A DNA stretch of 64,000 nucleotides from Minisyncoccota bacterium (lineage in GTDB: Bacteria; Patescibacteriota; Minisyncoccia; Phycocordibacterales; DATDSR01). Below the pieces are notes generated by a model. That model searched no databases. It worked only from the letters and a program-made list of their open reading frames with translations, and was not told the DNA's origin. Of this stretch, positions 8,514 to 18,359 are shown piece after piece. Position 1 is the first letter of the stretch, and each line of letters starts with the position of its first letter. The position numbers and the translations under genes were made by a program. Where the stretch lies: contig DATDVE010000023.1 in NCBI GenBank assembly GCA_036517655.1, positions 1,358-65,357 of the forward strand, given 5' to 3'.

Positions 8514-10214
8514 GTGGTCGCGCGTCTAACAAGAGTATTTGGTGGGCCGGTAGAAAGCTTGAACAAGGCTGCTGTCGTGCTCGGCCTCTCTGCTGTAGTT
8601 TCCCAAGTCCTGGCTTTAGTTAGAGACAGAATCTTTGCCCATATTTTTGGAGCAGGGCAGACCTTGGACATATACTACGCCGCCTTCAAGATCCCTGATC
8701 TTTTGTTCGTGTCGGTGGCCTCGCTTGTTTCTATGTCAGTTCTGATCCCATATTTTACTCGAGAACTTAAGACAGGTGATAAGAGTGCTAGGAACTTCCT
8801 TGACTCTATCTTTACTGTTTTTGTGCTGTTGCTTATCGCGCTTGGTGCTCTTGCATACTTACTCATGCCTCGACTGGCTCCTCTAGTTGCACCAGGATTC
8901 CCGCCCGAAGCTTTAAGAGAGCTTATCAATTTATCGCGGATACTCCTACTCTCGCCACTTTTCCTGGGTCTATCGGGTCACGTATCGAGCATTGTGCATT
9001 CTTTCCAGCGCTTTGGTATCTATGCTCTCTCGCCGGTGCTCTATAATATCGGCATTATTCTCGGAGCTCTTTTGTTCTACCCGTATTTTGGATTATCCGG
9101 CCTTGCCTTGGGAGTAGTGTTGGGCGCCTTCCTGCACTTTGCCGTACAATGGCCAACGGTTAGATCCGTTGGTTTTGCCCCGCGCTTACGTGCGGGAATA
9201 ATCTGGCCTAAAGTGAGAGAAGTCTTCCTCATTTCAATTCCGAGAACTTTTACTTTGGGTATCCATCAGATTGTTACTATCATATTTACCGCGGTCGCTT
9301 CAGGGATCGCCGTTGGCTCGATTTCTGTTTTTAACTTCTCCTTCAATCTACAGTCAGTGCCGCTTGCGGTCGTGGGTGTGTCATATTCAATGGCGGCTTT
9401 CCCCACACTTTCGCGACTATTTGCAAGTGGAGCGAGGCGTGAGTTTGGTATGCAGATCAGTCTTGCTGCACGGAACATTATTTTCTGGTCACTGCCCATC
9501 ACTGCACTTTTCATTGTCCTGCGTGCGCAAATAGTGCGCACTGTTTTGGGCACGGGAGCTTTTGACTGGACAAGTACGCGTCTTACGGCAGCTGCCCTTG
9601 CCCTCTTTGCTCTCTCCATACTTGCTCAGAGTTTGGTCCTACTCTTTGTACGCGGCTATTACGCCTCCGGCAACACTCGCATCCCTCTTATTATTAATAT
9701 TGTCTCGGGCGTAGGAATGATTGCTCTTGCTCTTGTTTTGATTCCTCTCTATACCAAGTCCGAAAGCTTCCGTTTCTTCTTCGAGAGCCTCTTTCGGGTC
9801 GGTGGGCTAGGGCGTGATTCAGTCGTACTCATGCTACCTCTTTCGTACAGTATAGGCATGATATGTGCCGCAGGAGCCTATGTGGTTCTGTTCTACCGGA
9901 CTTATAGAGACGAGGCTCTTACGCTTCTTCGCACACTGCGACATTCCTTCTATACCGCTGTGCTCTCTGGTCTCGTTGCGTATAAAGCTCTTGCGCTATT
10001 CGATAATTTGTTTAACCTTGAGACTCTGCCCGGTATCTTCATGCAAGGCTTGCTCTCTGGCCTCTTGGCCATAATATGCGGGGCACTTGTTCTTGTCGCC
10101 TTGCGTAACGGAGAGATAAGAGATCTATACAATATCTTGCGCAGAAAGTTCTGGAGAACCGAGGGGACTTATCCGGAAAGCGTGCCTGGTCCAGAAGAAA
10201 TAAATCAAATATGA
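8514..10214 (+). CDS. murJ: lipid II flippase MurJ (MviN family)
   Basis: 566 aa multi-TM protein; N-terminal signature LALVRDRIFAHIFGAGQTLDIYYAAFKIPDLLF matches the MurJ motif; GTG start. Confidence 0.8.
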   Translation: MVARLTRVFGGPVESLNKAAVVLGLSAVVSQVLALVRDRIFAHIFGAGQTLDIYYAAFKIPDLLFVSVASLVSMSVLIPYFTRELKTGDKSARNFLDSIFTVFVLLLIALGALAYLLMPRLAPLVAPGFPPEALRELINLSRILLLSPLFLGLSGHVSSIVHSFQRFGIYALSPVLYNIGIILGALLFYPYFGLSGLALGVVLGAFLHFAVQWPTVRSVGFAPRLRAGIIWPKVREVFLISIPRTFTLGIHQIVTIIFTAVASGIAVGSISVFNFSFNLQSVPLAVVGVSYSMAAFPTLSRLFASGARREFGMQISLAARNIIFWSLPITALFIVLRAQIVRTVLGTGAFDWTSTRLTAAALALFALSILAQSLVLLFVRGYYASGNTRIPLIINIVSGVGMIALALVLIPLYTKSESFRFFFESLFRVGGLGRDSVVLMLPLSYSIGMICAAGAYVVLFYRTYRDEALTLLRTLRHSFYTAVLSGLVAYKALALFDNLFNLETLPGIFMQGLLSGLLAIICGALVLVALRNGEIRDLYNILRRKFWRTEGTYPESVPGPEEINQI

Positions 10215-12013
10215 ATTCCATACGAAATTTTTCTATTATCGCCCATATTGATCACGGCAAGTCTACTCTTGCCGACAGGATGCTTGAATTAACGGGCACT
10301 ATTGAAAAGCGCAAGATGCGCGAGCAAGTCCTTGATCGGATGGATCTTGAGCGTGAGCGTGGCATAACTATCAAAATGCAACCAGTGCGTATGGACTATG
10401 TCCTAGGTTCTATGTCCTATGTTCTAAACTTGATAGATACCCCGGGGCACATTGATTTTAGCTACGAGGTTTCGCGAGCGCTCACGGCCGTTGAAGGGGC
10501 AATTTTACTTGTTGACGCTTCGCAGGGTATACAAGCTCAAACACTTTCTGTGCTCGAACTCGCCCGTGCCCAGAACCTGAAAATTATTCCGGTAATAAAC
10601 AAGATAGATTTGCCACACGCAGATCCAGAGAGCGTGAAAGATGAAATTGTGAAGTTGCTTGATTGCGACAGAAGTGAGATCTTAGCTGTCTCTGGCAAAA
10701 CAGGTAAGGGCGTTCCGGAATTATTGAAGGCAGTTGTTGAGCGGATTCCTGCTCCCGAGTTACCTGGTAACCAACCTGGTTACCAGGTAACCAAATCCCT
10801 ACAGGCCTTAATTTTTGATTTTTCGTACGATACACATCGGGGGATTATTTTGTTTTTGCGTCTGTTTGGGGGACAGATAAATAGATTAGACAAACTTAAG
10901 TTTGCTTCATCAGGCAAGGAATTCGGGGCGATCGAGGTGGGAGTTTTCAAACCCGACGAGTTGATCACAAACAAATTAGAGTCTGGGGAAATCGGCTATG
11001 TTGTGACGGGGTTAAAAGAACCCGGTGTGGCCAGAATCGGCGACACTATCACGAGCCAGAAGTTACCCGCTCCTGCATTACCTGGGTACGGCAGGCCGGA
11101 TCCAGTCGTGTGGGCGAGTGTCTATCCCGAGGATCAAGGGGACTTTGTCACTTTGCGCCAGGCTCTTGAACGTCTCTCCCTTTCCGATTCGTCACTCTCA
11201 TTTGAAGAGGAGAGTTCGGGAACATTGGGTAGGGGATTTAGGTGTGGCTTCTTGGGAATGCTGCACATGGAGATAATTACAGAGCGACTTAAACGCGAAT
11301 TCAACCTATCGCTCATTGTTGCCTCTCCCACTATCACATATGAGATAGAGGATCTTAAGGGGTTGCGAAGTAAAGTTTATTCAGCAATCTACTTTCCTGA
11401 TGAGGGTGCGTACAAATCTGTCTACGAACCCTGGGTAAACATTAGGATCATTGCGCCCAGTCAGTACGCAGGCGCTCTCCAAGTTCTATTCCACGAGCAC
11501 GAAGTTATCCAGACTAATATCGAGAACTGGTCCGGGGAGCGTGTGAGTGTGGAGGGCGAGATGCCTCTGCGCGAACTTATGCGCGGCTTCTTCGATGAGC
11601 TCAAGAGTATCTCAAGCGGCTATGCCTCACTCTCGTACAAAATAGGAGATATGAGGGCAGCTGATATTGCGCGTTTAGACTTACTTGTGAATGATGAAAG
11701 GATTGCCGCTTTCTCGCGAGTTGTCTCGCGTCGCAGAATCGAAACAGAAGCTAACTCTGCCGCCGACAAACTCGAAGAGTCTATCCCCAAGCAAATGATC
11801 GAAGTCAAGATTCAAGCCAAAGCGCTCGGCAGAATTATAGCTGCCCGTCGCAAATCTGCCTTACGCAAAGATGTAACAGATTATCTATACGGCGGAGACA
11901 TAACGCGCAAAATGAAGTTGCGAGAAAAGCAAAAGAAAGGCAAGAAAAAGATGCAAGCCCGCGGATCTGTCTCAATTCCCCACGAGGTGTATTTGAAAAT
12001 GACGAAATCGTGA
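10211..12013 (+). CDS. lepA: translation elongation factor 4 (LepA)
   Basis: 600 aa; MNSIRNFSIIAHIDHGKSTLADR, G-domain motifs and LepA-specific C-terminus; contains an in-frame palindromic DNA insert at 10760-10795. Confidence 0.9.
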   Translation: MNSIRNFSIIAHIDHGKSTLADRMLELTGTIEKRKMREQVLDRMDLERERGITIKMQPVRMDYVLGSMSYVLNLIDTPGHIDFSYEVSRALTAVEGAILLVDASQGIQAQTLSVLELARAQNLKIIPVINKIDLPHADPESVKDEIVKLLDCDRSEILAVSGKTGKGVPELLKAVVERIPAPELPGNQPGYQVTKSLQALIFDFSYDTHRGIILFLRLFGGQINRLDKLKFASSGKEFGAIEVGVFKPDELITNKLESGEIGYVVTGLKEPGVARIGDTITSQKLPAPALPGYGRPDPVVWASVYPEDQGDFVTLRQALERLSLSDSSLSFEEESSGTLGRGFRCGFLGMLHMEIITERLKREFNLSLIVASPTITYEIEDLKGLRSKVYSAIYFPDEGAYKSVYEPWVNIRIIAPSQYAGALQVLFHEHEVIQTNIENWSGERVSVEGEMPLRELMRGFFDELKSISSGYASLSYKIGDMRAADIARLDLLVNDERIAAFSRVVSRRRIETEANSAADKLEESIPKQMIEVKIQAKALGRIIAARRKSALRKDVTDYLYGGDITRKMKLREKQKKGKKKMQARGSVSIPHEVYLKMTKS

Positions 12014-12155
12014 GCGGGATGATTCTATTGGAATAGGCTGGGGATATAGAGCAGGACCATTGAGATGGCAAGTACTACTGCGGCTATTGCCCAGAATGTT
12101 TTGAGGCGCTTCTGATTCCTCTTCTCGAATAGCATGACGAGAGTATAATGTATGA

Positions 12156-12479
12156 ATGCGGAAAGCACAACCGATTTATCATGGCTGGCGACGGGTTGCT
12201 TACTCTTGGCCAGTGCTGGCTATCATGACTCTCTTTGTAATCTTTATAGGGAGAGCAACATGGCGAGTATATGAACGTTGGGATCGAGCAAGAGGGGAGA
12301 GAAAAGAAGCCGAGAATCGCTACGAAGGAGAGATCAGTAGGCAGGCAAAATTGGAGTCGGACATTGCCCGCCTGAAGACCGAAAGAGGTTGGGAAGAATT
12401 AATCCGAAAAAATTTCCAGCTTGCCAAACCTGGAGAGGGTGTGATTATAATAATCGACGAAGCGACCAGCACGAGGTAG
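12156..12479 (+). CDS. septum formation initiator family protein (FtsB/DivIC-like)
   Basis: 107 aa; one N-terminal TM helix, coiled coil, C-terminal ...LAKPGEGVIII motif typical of FtsB/DivIC. Confidence 0.55.
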   Translation: MRKAQPIYHGWRRVAYSWPVLAIMTLFVIFIGRATWRVYERWDRARGERKEAENRYEGEISRQAKLESDIARLKTERGWEELIRKNFQLAKPGEGVIIIIDEATSTR

Positions 12480-12512
12480 ATGGCGGGCTTGCCTCGCCGA
12501 AATGAAGTGAAG

Positions 12513-12583
12513 GCGGGTATCGTTCAGTGGCAGGATGAGTGCTTCCCAAGCATTAGACGCGAGTTCGATTCTCGCTACCCGCA
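12513..12583 (+). tRNA. tRNA-Gly (anticodon CCC)
   Basis: Cloverleaf by eye: acceptor GCGGGTA/TACCCGC, anticodon stem AGTGC/GCATT, loop TTCCCAA, T-arm GCGAG-TTCGATT-CTCGC. Confidence 0.7.
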
Positions 12584-12681
12584 CTTGCAGAGAGACGACG
12601 ATGTGCTATCCTTTTTGCTAGGTTAGGATAATATGTCGCTAGATTATCAAGAAGACATTATTAATATTTAGTCAATAAAGT

Positions 12682-13809
12682 ATGAAAGCTATTGTATGGC
12701 TCATAGTGATCGTTGTGGTCATTTGGGCAGGATGGGCACTCTTGGATAAAGCTCCAGAAGCAGAAGCAGGTCCGATCATGATCGGCTTCATCGGCCCGCT
12801 CACGGGCGATGCAGCGGCCTACGGCGAGCCCGAGCGTGATGTTGTTGCCCTTGCTGTTGAAGAGATCAATGCTGCAGGTGGTATAAACGGACGACAGATA
12901 AGTGTTATCTACGAAGACGGTAAGTGTGACGGGACAGCATCGGCGAGCGCCGCACAGAAGCTTGTTAATGTTGATAAGGTTCAGGCAATCATTGGCGGAT
13001 TCTGTTCGAGTGAGTCTCTGGCTGCCGTGCCTATTGCGGCCGCTGGCAAGGTATTCCTGTTTTCTCCTGGTTCCTCGAGCCCAGACCTGACCGGTATCAA
13101 TCAATTTTTCGCCCGCAACTACCCGAGCGATGCGTCGCAGGGTAGGGTGATGGCCGATGTCCTATATGCTAAGGGAATGCGCAATGTTGCCTTCATTCAA
13201 GAGTCTAAGGATTACCCTCTGGGAATCTTTAAGGCTTTCCAGGCCCGCTTTGCCGAGCTCGGTGGAGAAGTGGTGAAAGAAGAATTCCCGACAGATTCTA
13301 CTGATTTCCGCACAAGCTTGACTAAACTTAAGGCCGGTAAGCCAGATGCTCTCTTTGTAGATGCACAGACACCGGCTGCGGCTGACAGAATCTTGCAGCA
13401 AGTGCAGGAACTTGGTTGGAAGACGCAGATCTTGCTCAATGATGCGGCTAGTGACCCAGCTCTTATAACCAAGTACGCCAAACTGTTAGAGGGAGCTATG
13501 TTTGCTGAATTCGGGTATGACGCGACGAATTCGAAGTTCGCCGCGCTTGCTACGGCCTACAAGGCCAAGTATGCGACTGATTTACCGTGGCAGAGCTATT
13601 CCCAGACTTACTACGATTCAGTCTACATTCTAGCCGAGGGTATCAAGGCCGTCGGTTATGAAGGCGAGAAACTTGCCACATGGGTGAGGACCGTCAAGGA
13701 TTGGCCAGGTGCTTCAGGTAATGTGAGCATTGGTTCAGATGGTGATGTAGTAGGGGGTCACTCTGCTCGCGTCATCATGGATGGAAAGGCTACCCCCCTC
13801 GGTCAGTAA
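12682..13809 (+). CDS. branched-chain amino acid ABC transporter substrate-binding protein (LivJ/LivK-like)
   Basis: 375 aa; signal/TM anchor then FIGPLTGDAAAYG...INAAGGINGR, typical Peripla_BP_6 / Leu-Ile-Val-binding. Confidence 0.8.
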   Translation: MKAIVWLIVIVVVIWAGWALLDKAPEAEAGPIMIGFIGPLTGDAAAYGEPERDVVALAVEEINAAGGINGRQISVIYEDGKCDGTASASAAQKLVNVDKVQAIIGGFCSSESLAAVPIAAAGKVFLFSPGSSSPDLTGINQFFARNYPSDASQGRVMADVLYAKGMRNVAFIQESKDYPLGIFKAFQARFAELGGEVVKEEFPTDSTDFRTSLTKLKAGKPDALFVDAQTPAAADRILQQVQELGWKTQILLNDAASDPALITKYAKLLEGAMFAEFGYDATNSKFAALATAYKAKYATDLPWQSYSQTYYDSVYILAEGIKAVGYEGEKLATWVRTVKDWPGASGNVSIGSDGDVVGGHSARVIMDGKATPLGQ

Positions 13810-13881
13810 TATAGAGTTAAGGCCTAAACACAGAGCCTTCCCAGACAATCCATGGGGAGGCTTTTGTGTTAATATCTAGCC

Positions 13882-14748
13882 ATGGAAATCTTTGTCCAGC
13901 TCCTGTTAAACGGTCTCATCGCGGGATCCCTCTACTCTCTCTTGGCGATCGGATTCAACTTATTCTACGGGACTGTCAAATTTTTTGACCTTGCTTTCGG
14001 CACTATCGCTCTAGTGGGCTCATACGCAACGCTCTCATTCCTAAAGAATCTGGATTTGCCTCTACTGATATCGGTGATGGGGGGGATTCTGGTTGGTGCT
14101 GTACTCAATGTGATCATCTACAAGCTAGTATATGTACCGATAAGAGCCAGAAAAGGGAGCAATATGGTTCTTCTGGTTACCTCTTTGGGTGTGTTTACTA
14201 TCTTGCAGTCACTTCTTGCTATTCTTTTCTCAAGTCAATTCCAGACACTTAGGTCTGCCGGATACGTTCCTCACATCTTCCACATATACGGCGCCTCTGT
14301 GACTTCTGTGCAAGTTCTGATGATTGCTCTTGCAGTATTAGTTCCAATAGTTATGCACTTTATCTTGAAAAGGACTAAATTCGGCAGAGCAGTGCGAGCC
14401 ATTGGGGACAACGAAGAAGTAGCCAGTATTGTGGGCATTAACACGAGCAAAGTTATTGGAGGGGTATTTTTTATTTCCGCAGCACTCTCCGGACTTGCTG
14501 GTATCATGAATGGCTTGGACAGAGGTATCGAGCCGTATATGGGGCTGGCGCTCTTACTCAAGGGCATTATTGCCGCTATCGTAGGTGGTATAGGTTATCT
14601 TTGGGGCGGAGTACTGGGCGGTTTTGTTTTGGGCTTGATCGAGAACTTCGGGACATGGTATTTACCCAGTGAGTGGAAGGATGCAATCGCATTTGTTGTT
14701 CTTATTATCTTCTTAATCTTCCGACCGCGCGGAATACTGTCAAAATAA
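13882..14748 (+). CDS. branched-chain amino acid ABC transporter permease (LivH-like)
   Basis: 288 aa multi-TM BPD_transp_2-type permease; operon position after the SBP gene. Confidence 0.8.
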   Translation: MEIFVQLLLNGLIAGSLYSLLAIGFNLFYGTVKFFDLAFGTIALVGSYATLSFLKNLDLPLLISVMGGILVGAVLNVIIYKLVYVPIRARKGSNMVLLVTSLGVFTILQSLLAILFSSQFQTLRSAGYVPHIFHIYGASVTSVQVLMIALAVLVPIVMHFILKRTKFGRAVRAIGDNEEVASIVGINTSKVIGGVFFISAALSGLAGIMNGLDRGIEPYMGLALLLKGIIAAIVGGIGYLWGGVLGGFVLGLIENFGTWYLPSEWKDAIAFVVLIIFLIFRPRGILSK

Positions 14749-15615
14749 ATGGGTTATATCATTCACTTAATTATTCTCTGCTTGCTCTTTGCTATTAATG
14801 CAATGAGTCTCAACTTACTTATTGGCTATACGGGACTACTATTCGCTGCCTCAGCGGCATTTGCGGGTATTGGCGCCTATACTACGGTCTTTCTACTCAA
14901 GTCTACCGAGCTCGGATTCTTCCCTGCGGTGATCATTAGTATGCTCGTGGCTTCTGTCATGGCAACTCTTTTGGGTCTAGTACTGAATAAGTTTAGAGAT
15001 GACTACTTCGCGCTTGTCAGTGTTGGATTCCAGGTTATTGTGAGCACAGTCTTTATGTATTGGGTGGGCTTTACTCGCGGGCCATTAGGAATCCCGGGTA
15101 TAGCCCGGCCTACTCTTCTAGGCCTAGATTTCAGCAGCAATATTATGTTTCTCATTCTCGTGGCCATCATAGCATCTGTTGTCTACTTGTTCATTAAATT
15201 CTTGATAGGCTCACCCTTTGGTCGCGTGCTCAAAGCGATCAGGGATAATGAGGAAGCAATTAAGGTCTTCGGCTACAATACTTATTTTTTTAAGCTAACA
15301 ATTTTGAGCTTAGCCGCAATGTTATGTGCACTCGCGGGTGCATTATATGCTTCCTATATTACCTACATTAGCCCTCCAGTCTTCTATCTCTTTGAGTCGA
15401 TACTACTGATCTCTATTGTCACTTTTGGCGGACTAGGAAGTCTAAAGGGGCCCGTAATTGGGGCAGTGATTATGGTTTTGCTCCCCGAGGCGCTCCGGTT
15501 TGTGGGGTTTCCTCCGGAGGTGGCGGCCCAGATGAGGCAGGCAGTTTTCGGCTTGGCCCTCATATTACTTATGCTCTATCGCCCGCAAGGCTTGGTAGGA
15601 GAATATAAATTATGA
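14749..15615 (+). CDS. branched-chain amino acid ABC transporter permease (LivM-like)
   Basis: 288 aa multi-TM permease; start codon abuts previous stop. Confidence 0.8.
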   Translation: MGYIIHLIILCLLFAINAMSLNLLIGYTGLLFAASAAFAGIGAYTTVFLLKSTELGFFPAVIISMLVASVMATLLGLVLNKFRDDYFALVSVGFQVIVSTVFMYWVGFTRGPLGIPGIARPTLLGLDFSSNIMFLILVAIIASVVYLFIKFLIGSPFGRVLKAIRDNEEAIKVFGYNTYFFKLTILSLAAMLCALAGALYASYITYISPPVFYLFESILLISIVTFGGLGSLKGPVIGAVIMVLLPEALRFVGFPPEVAAQMRQAVFGLALILLMLYRPQGLVGEYKL

Positions 15616-16343
15616 ATGCCCTAACGATCAAAAATTTATCTAAGCACTTCGACGGAGTTAGGGCCGTTGACGATCTCTCGCTTTCGTTTGAGAAGGGGAG
15701 AGTGACGGCTCTCGTTGGGCCCAATGGTTCGGGCAAGACAACCCTCATGCATCTTCTCTCTGGAGTTACCCCATTTGATAGTGGCGAAGTGGTGGTGGGA
15801 ACGACGGCCTTCTCTCATATCGCGCCTTACGATATTTCATCACTTGGCATAACCCGCACCTTCCAGAGCGTACAACTCTTCGAGCAGATTTCTGTGCTCG
15901 ACAATATTTTGGTAGTACTTACAGAACGCAGCGTATGGGCCTCTCTCTTCGAGCGACATAGCAAGTTCCACACAGAGAAAGCAAAAGGGGTTCTTGAGTT
16001 TGTAGGTTTGTGGGAGAAGCGTAGCGAGAAAGTTGAGGGTTTATCGTACGGCCAGCGCAAGCTCCTGGAGATTGCCAGAGTGCTTGCCATGAATTGCGAA
16101 ATTATACTGTTCGACGAACCTTTCGCTGGGTTATTTCCCGAAATGGTGAAGCGTGTGCGTGACGCTATCTCGCATATGCGTGAAGCGGGTAAAACGATAG
16201 TTTTCATAGAACACAGCATGCAACTTATCAGAGAGCTTTCTGATTATGTGTATGTTTTGGACGCCGGTAAGCTTCTAGCCGAAGGCGCTCCAGCGCACGT
16301 TCTCGGCGAGCGTAAAGTTATCGCGGCGTATCTCGGCGAATAA
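15612..16343 (+). CDS. ABC transporter ATP-binding protein (LivG-like)
   Basis: 243 aa; Walker A GPNGSGKTT, ABC signature LSYGQRK, Walker B ILFDEP; 4-nt overlap with upstream gene. Confidence 0.85.
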   Translation: MNALTIKNLSKHFDGVRAVDDLSLSFEKGRVTALVGPNGSGKTTLMHLLSGVTPFDSGEVVVGTTAFSHIAPYDISSLGITRTFQSVQLFEQISVLDNILVVLTERSVWASLFERHSKFHTEKAKGVLEFVGLWEKRSEKVEGLSYGQRKLLEIARVLAMNCEIILFDEPFAGLFPEMVKRVRDAISHMREAGKTIVFIEHSMQLIRELSDYVYVLDAGKLLAEGAPAHVLGERKVIAAYLGE

Positions 16344-16344
16344 T

Positions 16345-17067
16345 ATGAAAGAAGTCCTGCTAAAACTTGAAGATATTAAAGTCACATACGGCGGTATCCA
16401 TGCGCTTGATGGTGTGGATGTTGCGATTGACGAAGGGGAAGTGGTAGCTCTAATGGGTCCCAATGGTGCAGGCAAGAGCACGGTGCTCAAGGCTTTATTT
16501 GGGATTACCCCCATATCGCATGGGCAAGTCCTCTGGCAGGAACAGAAAGTGTCACCCAAGCCACACGAAATGGTGAAGAGGGGGATATCTTTCGTGCCAC
16601 AAGGTCGCCAGATTTTCGGCAGCTTATCTGTATATGAGAATTTGCAAATGGGCGGCTTCTCTCTATCTGACACAAGCGATCTTGGAAGTCGGATTGATGA
16701 AGTGCTCAGGTTCTTCCCAATGCTCAAAGAGAAACGTAAAGCAAGGGCCAACACTCTCTCTGGTGGTCAGCAACAGATGCTGGCCATTGCCAGAGGCCTG
16801 GTGACAGATCCCAAACTCTTGCTCCTTGACGAACCCACACTTGGACTTGCCCCCAAAATAGTTAAAGAAGTCTTCGAGAAAATTAAGGAAATAAATCGAG
16901 AGCGCAAGATCGCGATACTGGTAGTAGAGCACAATATCGTCTCGTTGCTTGAAGTGGTTCACAGAGGATACGTACTAGATCATGGCAAAATAATCAAGCA
17001 CGGATCGAGCCAAGAGCTGAAGAGTAGCGGCATATTAGATAAAATATTTGTGGGAGCTCATACATAA
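16345..17067 (+). CDS. ABC transporter ATP-binding protein (LivF-like)
   Basis: 240 aa; Walker A GPNGAGKST, signature LSGGQQQM, Walker B LLLDEP. Confidence 0.85.
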   Translation: MKEVLLKLEDIKVTYGGIHALDGVDVAIDEGEVVALMGPNGAGKSTVLKALFGITPISHGQVLWQEQKVSPKPHEMVKRGISFVPQGRQIFGSLSVYENLQMGGFSLSDTSDLGSRIDEVLRFFPMLKEKRKARANTLSGGQQQMLAIARGLVTDPKLLLLDEPTLGLAPKIVKEVFEKIKEINRERKIAILVVEHNIVSLLEVVHRGYVLDHGKIIKHGSSQELKSSGILDKIFVGAHT

Positions 17068-17072
17068 CATAT

Positions 17073-17363
17073 ATGTCTAGCTCATTCAAAAGAGTAATCG
17101 AAGATTTTGTATGTGAACATTGTGGCGAGAACGTAGAAGGAGATGGCTACACTAACCATTGCCCTAAGTGCCTCTGGAGCTTGCATGTAGACAATGATCC
17201 GGGGGACCGGGCCAATAATTGCAATGGCCTAATGCAGCCATTTGGCGTACTCTATACCACCGATGAGACTAAGTTACAGCACAAATGCGTTAAGTGCGGT
17301 ATGATTAAGCGTAACCGGCTAAGCAAGCAAGACAACCAAGATGCAATTTCGAAAATATATTAA
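17073..17363 (+). CDS. RNHCP-domain zinc-binding protein
   Basis: 96 aa; CEHCG...YTNHCPKC...CVKCG pattern containing the literal RNHCP-like NHCPKC motif. Confidence 0.5.
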   Translation: MSSSFKRVIEDFVCEHCGENVEGDGYTNHCPKCLWSLHVDNDPGDRANNCNGLMQPFGVLYTTDETKLQHKCVKCGMIKRNRLSKQDNQDAISKIY

Positions 17364-17847
17364 AGATATCGTATATGGTGCCAACGATGGCATGGTCACA
17401 ACTTTTGCTGTTGTGGCGGGTGTCGTGGGAGCAAGCCTCGAGCCCACAATTATCCTGATAGTGGGCTTCGCTAACTTACTAGCCGACGGCTTCTCTATGG
17501 CGGTGTCAGATTATCTGGGCACCAAGAGTGAGTGCGAGGCCAAAGAGGGGAATGTAATAGAGTGTGATCCCAAGCACTTATTGCGTAGTGCCTCGTACAC
17601 ATTCTTCTCGTTTGTCATTGCCGGCCTCGTGCCACTTATCCCTTTTCTTTTTTCACTGCCAAGTGGTTTGGCACTCACGGCGGCTGCTATAGCAACGGGT
17701 GTGGGCTTATTTGTGATAGGCGCATTGCGCAGTCACTATACCAAGCGCCACTTTATAATCTCCGGCGTAGAGGTGCTCGTAGTCGGAGGAGTGGCAGCAA
17801 CGATTGCGTATCTAGTAGGCTTGTTTCTTAAGACTATCGTAGGATGA
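17341..17847 (+). CDS. VIT1/CCC1 family metal (Fe/Mn) transporter
   Basis: 168 aa; YGANDGMVTTFAVVAGVVGA signature of the VIT family; multiple TM helices. Confidence 0.65.
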   Translation: MQFRKYIKDIVYGANDGMVTTFAVVAGVVGASLEPTIILIVGFANLLADGFSMAVSDYLGTKSECEAKEGNVIECDPKHLLRSASYTFFSFVIAGLVPLIPFLFSLPSGLALTAAAIATGVGLFVIGALRSHYTKRHFIISGVEVLVVGGVAATIAYLVGLFLKTIVG

Positions 17848-17859
17848 ATACTTGTCGAA

Positions 17860-17931
17860 TGCCCCCGGGGGGAATTGAACCCTCATCGCTCCCTTAGGAC
17901 GGGACCGTTCTATCCGTTGAACTACAGGGGC
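17860..17931 (-). tRNA. tRNA-Arg (anticodon CCT)
   Basis: Revcomp folds as acceptor GCCCCTG/CGGGGGC, D-arm GTTC-AACGGATA-GAAC, anticodon loop GTCCTAA, T-loop TTCAATT. Confidence 0.7.
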
Positions 17932-17957
17932 TGTGGGTGCTATGATATCATAAATAT

Positions 17958-18203
17958 ATGGTAATCGATCAGAATGAGAAGTTAGAAGAGGTGCTAAAGC
18001 TCGAGCGCGAGAATCACGAGATGCTCAAGGGCATGCGGGCTCGTCAGAGATGGCACACAGTTTTTCTGATCCTCTACTGGGCCCTGCTTGGTGGTATTGC
18101 TGTAGCCACTTACCACTTCCTAGAACCGTATCTCAAAACACTTCTTGAGACATACAACTCTATCCAAGACGGCATAGGCAAAATTAGCTCATTTGGTGGT
18201 TAA
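17958..18203 (+). CDS. hypothetical small membrane protein
   Basis: 81 aa; coiled-coil N-terminus then one TM helix; no known motif. Confidence 0.3.
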   Translation: MVIDQNEKLEEVLKLERENHEMLKGMRARQRWHTVFLILYWALLGGIAVATYHFLEPYLKTLLETYNSIQDGIGKISSFGG

Positions 18204-18214
18204 GCTTTCGTAGT

Positions 18215-18290
18215 TGGTGCCGAGGGCCGGGATCGAACCGGCGACCCTTCGCTCTTCAGGCGAATGCTCTACCAACTGAGCTACCTCGGC
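18215..18290 (-). tRNA. tRNA-Phe (anticodon GAA), CCA encoded
   Basis: Revcomp GCCGAGGTAGCTCAGTTGGTAGAGC...CTGAAGA...GGTTCGATCC...CACCA; canonical cloverleaf. Confidence 0.9.
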
Positions 18291-18359
18291 CCTGCTTCGC
18301 CCAGGCTACGCAGGGCAAGCTTGTGGACATGATTCTACCAGTTTGATAGCATGTAGGCA

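Noticed and set aside
12480-12512. A second tRNA immediately upstream of tRNA-Gly
   Set aside because: No acceptor/T-arm pairing could be built from GATGGCGGGCTTGCCTCGCCGAAATGAAGTGAAGG. Only the downstream 71-nt unit folds as a cloverleaf.
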